IMG/VR virus record: IMGVR_UViG_3300027804_000001
Span: 256,001 to 320,000 of that record
From: a virus
Taxonomy: Duplodnaviria > Caudoviricetes
Reading direction: 5' to 3' (one strand)
DNA: 64,000 bases
Numbering within the stretch: the first letter of the stretch is position 1; each line of letters begins with the position of its first letter. A program made the translations under genes and the position numbers. The notes under the pieces are model-generated. The model worked only from the letters and a program-made list of their open reading frames with translations, was not told where the DNA came from and ran no database searches. Below, one piece after another: positions 59,298 through 64,000 of this stretch.

Positions 59298-62150
59298 TTA
59301 AATGTTATCAAAAGATGCTCCTGTTGGAGTGATAATGAACTCAACATCAATAAATTCAAGAGAACGAGTAGGTTTAATATAGATTTTACCTCTAAGTGTA
59401 TTTGCATCTATATCCTCTGGATCATTTGATACTGTTACACGGAAATCATATAAACCTCTTTCTTTCTTAATTGACTCAAGAATTGGGTTTACCAATCTCA
59501 AGAACTCATTTCTTACTTGCTCGTCGTTTTGTTCAAATAACAATCTTACAGAAACCGCAGATATTAACTTTCTTGCTCTTAACAACAATCTTCTTACGTT
59601 AATTCTGTCAAGTGCTGACTCTCTAACCTGTAGGGTTTTATTACCCCATATAATCGTACCAGTGTCAGAGAACGTTGCAATAGGGTTAATTCTGTTCTTA
59701 TATAGGTCATCTCTTTCGTCAAGGGTAAGTTTCTTAAACGCTTTAATTGCGTTTACTAGACCTCTTGAGTAACCCGCCACCGCGAACCATGGATATGATA
59801 CGTTATCGGTTAAAGCGATGTTTTTAACCACTTCACCTGTTGGTGGGATGTATAATTGGGTTGCATTGTCTCCGTCTCTTACCTGAATCCAAGGCCAGTA
59901 TGTTGCGGAATAGTTAGTATCTAAAGCTACCATATCTAAGTCATCAATCACCTCCTCTGCTGTTGACACGTTTGGAGAGTTAATAACATATAATGAATCC
60001 GCTCTATCATTCTCAACCATATCTATCGCTTGAGTTACAAGTGAACTGTGGTTATAGAAATCTATACCAGGTGTTGCGAATACGTTTATATCAATTGCTT
60101 CAGGGTTTGCAAATGTTTGAATACCTTGTAGATATGAATAATAATCAGAATTACCTACTGTAGAACTGAATACACCACCGTTTGTTGTGTGACCACTAAC
60201 ATATGTTGTTTTTCCGAAAATGTAACCATCTCCGTTAGTTCTTACATTTCTATAGATATCCCAACCATCAAATCCACCGAATACTGCAAATGTAAATTTA
60301 CGATTATTAATACTACTTAAACTACCCTTTTCTGTACCTTCTAAATCATATGGTGTCGTTTGATATGTAACACCTGTGATAGAAGATGCGTTTGTTGATA
60401 AGTGGAAACCAAAAGTTTCTGAAGTTGCACCAATACCTTTATACTTAAACAAATCTCTATCATAACCAACTTGAGATGATAAACCTAAAGAAACTTTTCT
60501 AACTTTATCACCGTTTGACAAAATAGGTGTACCGTTTGATTCATAAGAAACTACGTCACCGGCGGTATAATATTTTGTTTTGTAAAGGATACTACCTAAA
60601 TCACTTGATCCTGAACCAAATGCCCCATTACTCTTGAATCCTTTGAAACCAGATGGGAAAGCGTCTGTTGGGTGATTGTCAGCCATAGATAACATAATGA
60701 ACTTAGAACGTAATTCGTATTCACCATCAGATGTACCCACTTTCTTTGCAACATAACCTGGTAAATCAGGATTCATGTTACATCTTGAAAACTTCTCAAG
60801 TACAACTATATTGTCATCAGTATCGTTGAAATCTCTCACGATTAAATCGAAATCACCACTATCTAAGTCGATGTTTTGAATTGTAATTTTAACTTGGAAG
60901 TTAGCAGCCTCACCATCTGAAATTGTAATTACTTCAAATAAATCTGCAACTTCACCACCACGAACTTCAGATACAACCATTGGTGAAATTGTTGTATCCC
61001 ATTGACCTACGAAATTATTACCGTCTGTCTCAACAACAACTGAAGTACTTAAACCTCTTATTAATCCATTATCATATGCTGCCTTTAAAAGGTTAGGATA
61101 TGATTCATGAACATAAACAGGAAAATCTGACTTATCTTTATCAAATACGTCAGTACCCAAAACTTTAGTTATAAATTTAGTTGATCTTGAATCTAATGAA
61201 CAAGTAAATGATTTAGCACCACCTGTTTCACCTGTTACATTAAGAGTAAACTCATTTAATGGATTTAATTCAATATCTACACCAACAATCTCATCAATAT
61301 CTACAGATGTACTACCACTAACTTCTAATTGTAATGTCTGACCACTATATGAACCTCTTGATCTTAACGCTGCCACAACTATGTTGTCATAATCAGTGTT
61401 TAAAGATGCATCATATGAATATCTTGTCACATCGAATACACTTGTACCACTATTCCACACAAACAGATATGAATAAACATCTGTTATTGAAAGTCCACTA
61501 TTAAAGAACACGTTGTACCATTCTTTTTGGTGATTAGAAGTTTCATTATCAACACCTGTTAAAGGTGAAATAACCTCATCTGATGCGGTTAATGCTGAGA
61601 TATCATCTGAATCACACTTACCGATAACAAACCATTTTCCATCGTCTGAATTAGTAAAACCACTAAAATTTTCATTAATGTAATCTGTTATTGATGAACC
61701 GTCATGTGCTGTTTTACCTGAAAGTTCACCAAATATAGGGGAACCACTTGGGGTATCAGGATTCATTGTTACACCGCTTGTTGTAACTGATGTTAAATCT
61801 ACAGTCACACCACCTATTGTTTTTATACCATAAGTTTTTCCTGGTTTGTATCCAGTTAAACCCAATACTCTTGTTACGAATAATTGATTTGATTCTTCTA
61901 AATATGATTTAGCTACGTATGGTAATTCATACTTTGGATTACCGTTACCATCTTTCACTGGAGACGTTGGGCCAAAATATGTTCTAAACTCATCGAAGTT
62001 GCTAATTAAAATTGGTTCAAATGCGGGTCCTTTTAGTGTTTCACCAACGAGACCTAATGTTGTTACACCTACACTTTGAGCCACAAATGTTAAATCTTTC
62101 TCTGATGTATACACACCCGGAGAAACGAAAACTCTGTTTGAACTTGCCAT
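59298..62150 (-). CDS. Contractile tail sheath protein (gp18-like)
   Basis: SPGVY..E.D, G....GP, YWPW, PWFAVAG..RG, NPI, WGNKTL, RINVRRL. Confidence 0.97.
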   Translation of the reverse strand: MASSNRVFVSPGVYTSEKDLTFVAQSVGVTTLGLVGETLKGPAFEPILISNFDEFRTYFGPTSPVKDGNGNPKYELPYVAKSYLEESNQLFVTRVLGLTGYKPGKTYGIKTIGGVTVDLTSVTTSGVTMNPDTPSGSPIFGELSGKTAHDGSSITDYINENFSGFTNSDDGKWFVIGKCDSDDISALTASDEVISPLTGVDNETSNHQKEWYNVFFNSGLSITDVYSYLFVWNSGTSVFDVTRYSYDASLNTDYDNIVVAALRSRGSYSGQTLQLEVSGSTSVDIDEIVGVDIELNPLNEFTLNVTGETGGAKSFTCSLDSRSTKFITKVLGTDVFDKDKSDFPVYVHESYPNLLKAAYDNGLIRGLSTSVVVETDGNNFVGQWDTTISPMVVSEVRGGEVADLFEVITISDGEAANFQVKITIQNIDLDSGDFDLIVRDFNDTDDNIVVLEKFSRCNMNPDLPGYVAKKVGTSDGEYELRSKFIMLSMADNHPTDAFPSGFKGFKSNGAFGSGSSDLGSILYKTKYYTAGDVVSYESNGTPILSNGDKVRKVSLGLSSQVGYDRDLFKYKGIGATSETFGFHLSTNASSITGVTYQTTPYDLEGTEKGSLSSINNRKFTFAVFGGFDGWDIYRNVRTNGDGYIFGKTTYVSGHTTNGGVFSSTVGNSDYYSYLQGIQTFANPEAIDINVFATPGIDFYNHSSLVTQAIDMVENDRADSLYVINSPNVSTAEEVIDDLDMVALDTNYSATYWPWIQVRDGDNATQLYIPPTGEVVKNIALTDNVSYPWFAVAGYSRGLVNAIKAFKKLTLDERDDLYKNRINPIATFSDTGTIIWGNKTLQVRESALDRINVRRLLLRARKLISAVSVRLLFEQNDEQVRNEFLRLVNPILESIKKERGLYDFRVTVSNDPEDIDANTLRGKIYIKPTRSLEFIDVEFIITPTGASFDNI

Positions 62151-62187
62151 TGATTAATGTTTGGTTAAATAATTTATTACTTTACAT

Positions 62188-62195
62188 TATAAATA
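62188..62195 (-). promoter_or_regulatory. (GA)TATTTATA motif upstream of sheath
   Basis: 37 nt upstream of ATG 62150. Confidence 0.55.
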
Positions 62196-62245
62196 TCTTT
62201 GTTTTTATGAAAGATTTCCCTAATTTTTTTAAAATAGATATTTAT

Positions 62246-62274
62246 TTATCTTAAATTATCTTAAATTATCTTTA
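62246..62274 (+). repeat. 10-bp tandem repeat TTATCTTAAA x2.9 (candidate operator)
   Basis: 62246-55, 62256-65, 62266-74, ending 2 nt before the ATG of the RHH gene. Confidence 0.8.
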
Positions 62275-62276
62275 CT

Positions 62277-62432
62277 ATGGAAAACAAGACCAAAAACGTT
62301 AAAATAAGTGAAAAACACCACGAAATACTTAAAAAGTATTGTGATGATAAGGGTATAAAAATTTACAAAGTTTTGGAGAAATTAATAGAAGAAAATTGTA
62401 AACCCAAGAAAAGAGATATCTATGGTGAGTAA
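62277..62432 (+). CDS. Ribbon-helix-helix DNA-binding protein (51 aa), the only plus-strand gene
   Basis: Translated by hand: MENKTKNVKISEKHHEILKKYCDDKGIKIYKVLEKLIEENCKPKKRDIYGE; beta-alpha-alpha CopG/Arc-like pattern; preceded by GATATTTATT on the plus strand. Confidence 0.75.
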   Translation: MENKTKNVKISEKHHEILKKYCDDKGIKIYKVLEKLIEENCKPKKRDIYGE

Positions 62433-63686
62433 TTAGTATAAATAAGTTATACCAATTCTTGAGTTGTTTACAGGTGCACCTTGAAGTGTAATTTCTTTTT
62501 GACCGGTGATTTCAAAACCAACACCTTCTTCTTCAACAAGACCATTTATATCTAAAGTAACAACACTATCTATAAAATTATTAACCACAAAAGATAAGGT
62601 TGAACCATCGTATGTAAAATATTCTGTTACAACCTGAATTGGTTTACCATAAGTGTCAATAATAACACTATTTCTACCTTTATAATAAGTTATTGTAATA
62701 ACACTTCCTTCTAATGGTGGAGTTGAAAACGTTATTTTAGATGTTCCTACAACATGAAAATAGTCTACGTCTCTTTCTTGAATTAGACCATTTATCGCAA
62801 CATTAAATAAAATACCAATTGTTTCACCAACACTAAATGCGGTTTGTAAACCATCTGCGGTAAAACTAACGACGGTAATATCAATTGATTTACTAATATA
62901 TTTCTTTTGGTAATTGCTACTTTGTATAAACTCATTCATAAGGAACATTCTACTTAAAGCTGGTTTTACTTCAAATTCTTCACTATCTATCAAAATACCC
63001 AACATGGTAAATTTATAGTTTTGAATATAAAACCTACGATTATCTATTGATTCCATAGGTGTACTATCATCTATACCATCTAATACAATTGGAATATAGT
63101 GACCTTTTACTGTTGTGTAAGCCTGTCTTGATGAAAACTTTTGTAAAACAATTTTATTAAATTTATTTAAATCTCTAAATTTTGTACAAACAATTGTTAC
63201 CTCATAGGAAATATCTATAGCAACGGGTTGTGGCATTTTATAAATGTCCGCACCCATTTGACTCCCATTCCATGTTGGTACGGACGCATAATAGAAAGTA
63301 CTCCTATCAGGAATAGTTCTTTGAATTGATGGATTTGTTCCAGGTTGTGCGTCAGGTTTTCTGATCAAAGCAATAAACGGAAGTTTAATGTTACCATCAT
63401 CATCTGTAAATTGCCAATTGTTTGTAAACTCACCCCACCTTTGAATTGTCATTATTTTTGGGATAACAGGAATAATATCACCATCTGTTACAATTTTGAA
63501 GTTCTTTTTTACAAAGTCCAACATACCTCCATCCAAATCATCATGTAAAATTGAATCGGGTAAATAAGAATCGGCCTTGGTGATTCTATCTAATAATTCT
63601 TGTCTTCTCTCAAGAATCTTTTCACCTTGGTAATACTCTTTGTTTCCGTAAACCTCTATATTGTTTTTTCTTTTTGGGATACCCAT
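62433..63686 (-). CDS. Tail terminator / neck protein (gp15-like) with two C-terminal beta repeats
   Basis: LPFIALIR, P.PVAIDISYEV; repeats FTADGLQTAF.../FTYDGSTLSF...NGL; start ATG 63686. Confidence 0.65.
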   Translation of the reverse strand: MGIPKRKNNIEVYGNKEYYQGEKILERRQELLDRITKADSYLPDSILHDDLDGGMLDFVKKNFKIVTDGDIIPVIPKIMTIQRWGEFTNNWQFTDDDGNIKLPFIALIRKPDAQPGTNPSIQRTIPDRSTFYYASVPTWNGSQMGADIYKMPQPVAIDISYEVTIVCTKFRDLNKFNKIVLQKFSSRQAYTTVKGHYIPIVLDGIDDSTPMESIDNRRFYIQNYKFTMLGILIDSEEFEVKPALSRMFLMNEFIQSSNYQKKYISKSIDITVVSFTADGLQTAFSVGETIGILFNVAINGLIQERDVDYFHVVGTSKITFSTPPLEGSVITITYYKGRNSVIIDTYGKPIQVVTEYFTYDGSTLSFVVNNFIDSVVTLDINGLVEEEGVGFEITGQKEITLQGAPVNNSRIGITYLY

Positions 63687-63687
63687 A

Positions 63688-63999
63688 TTATACTCCTCTA
63701 AATTCTGATTCTTGGACAGGTGCACACTCTATTGTTACATAGTGTGGTTTATATCCAAACATTTTATGTTTATTATCGGCTTGAATTCTACCGTCGTTAA
63801 CTACTTGATAAAAACGTAGTTTTTCTTCACTTTCAGCATAACCAACAAAATCACCATATCTAATACTCACACCTAATTCATCTAAGTGTGAAAGATAAAT
63901 TCTAATTGTAAGGTTACCAGGTTCGAGGTATCTCATAACACCATTTTTATAAGACGAGTTCTTTGCTTCACCAATTTGAACTAAACCATTGACCTCTAC
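63688..63999 (-). CDS. Neck/head-closure protein (gp14-like), 5'-truncated by window edge
   Basis: Frame open to the window end (VEVNGLVQIG...); I..GDFVGY...FYQV...G pattern; upstream of terminator and sheath. Confidence 0.6.
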   Translation of the reverse strand, partial: VEVNGLVQIGEAKNSSYKNGVMRYLEPGNLTIRIYLSHLDELGVSIRYGDFVGYAESEEKLRFYQVVNDGRIQADNKHKMFGYKPHYVTIECAPVQESEFRGV

Positions 64000-64000
64000 G

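Noticed and set aside
59153-59429. ORFs 59153-59407 (-) and 59238-59429 (+)
   Set aside because: Low-complexity frames spanning a terminator, repeats and the sheath 3' end
984-62195. T4-type TATAAATA promoters driving plus-strand antisense transcripts
   Set aside because: The motif flips to TATTTAT on the plus strand for the one plus-strand gene, so it tracks the sense direction; antisense firing is not needed to explain it
1089-62254. Remaining short plus-strand ORFs in the track
   Set aside because: All lie antisense within well-supported genes and lack recognisable motifs
1-64000. Alternative genetic code (stop recoding)
   Set aside because: Code 11 gives full-length genes up to 2661 aa with dense packing; TAA, TAG and TGA all act as stops
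1-64000. tRNA, rRNA, group I introns or canonical inteins
   Set aside because: No cloverleaf or T-loop pattern in the short spacers; nrdA, nrdB, dnaB and recA are uninterrupted and of normal length (manual inspection only)

Overview
A 64-kb internal segment of a large, AT-rich (roughly 30% GC by eye) T4-like myophage genome, most likely infecting a Bacteroidota host. Host evidence: TTTG-N20-TAnnTTTG promoters, SprB-type repeats, an MKK..SFS/Q signal peptide and a Bacteroidota-type parS-like site. It uses genetic code 11 and is densely coding, with every credible gene on the minus strand except one 51-aa ribbon-helix-helix (RHH) gene. In transcription order (right to left): neck and tail-terminator genes, sheath, tube, tail chaperone pair, tape measure, two giant tail/hub proteins and a LysM-like protein; a replication block (Dps-like, SSB, RecA, 5'-3' exonuclease, DnaB, NrdB, NrdA); baseplate genes (gp25, gp6-like, accessory proteins); a cluster of fibre/adhesin genes, four of them with Thr/Pro-repeat stalks; then RuvC, primase, PD-(D/E)XK nuclease, SbcD, GT2, an alveolin-like protein, SbcC, ClpP and three envelope proteins. 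Highlights are (1) a modular mucin-like fibre locus with periodic single-Cys nodes, sequence shared between genes (95 bp identical), SprB repeats, a degenerate Hint domain and short/long versions of one head domain; (2) an origin-like intergenic region carrying a 14/16 match to the chromosomal parS palindrome; (3) two GC-rich structured RNA candidates; (4) a probable +1 frameshift (UUU_UUU_CGC) in the tail chaperone; (5) an RHH gene with a 10-bp tandem operator; (6) a TATTTAT motif upstream of most structural genes; and (7) a dual-coded, lipobox-free spanin-like pair. Functional calls come from motif recognition by eye; no database searches were run.
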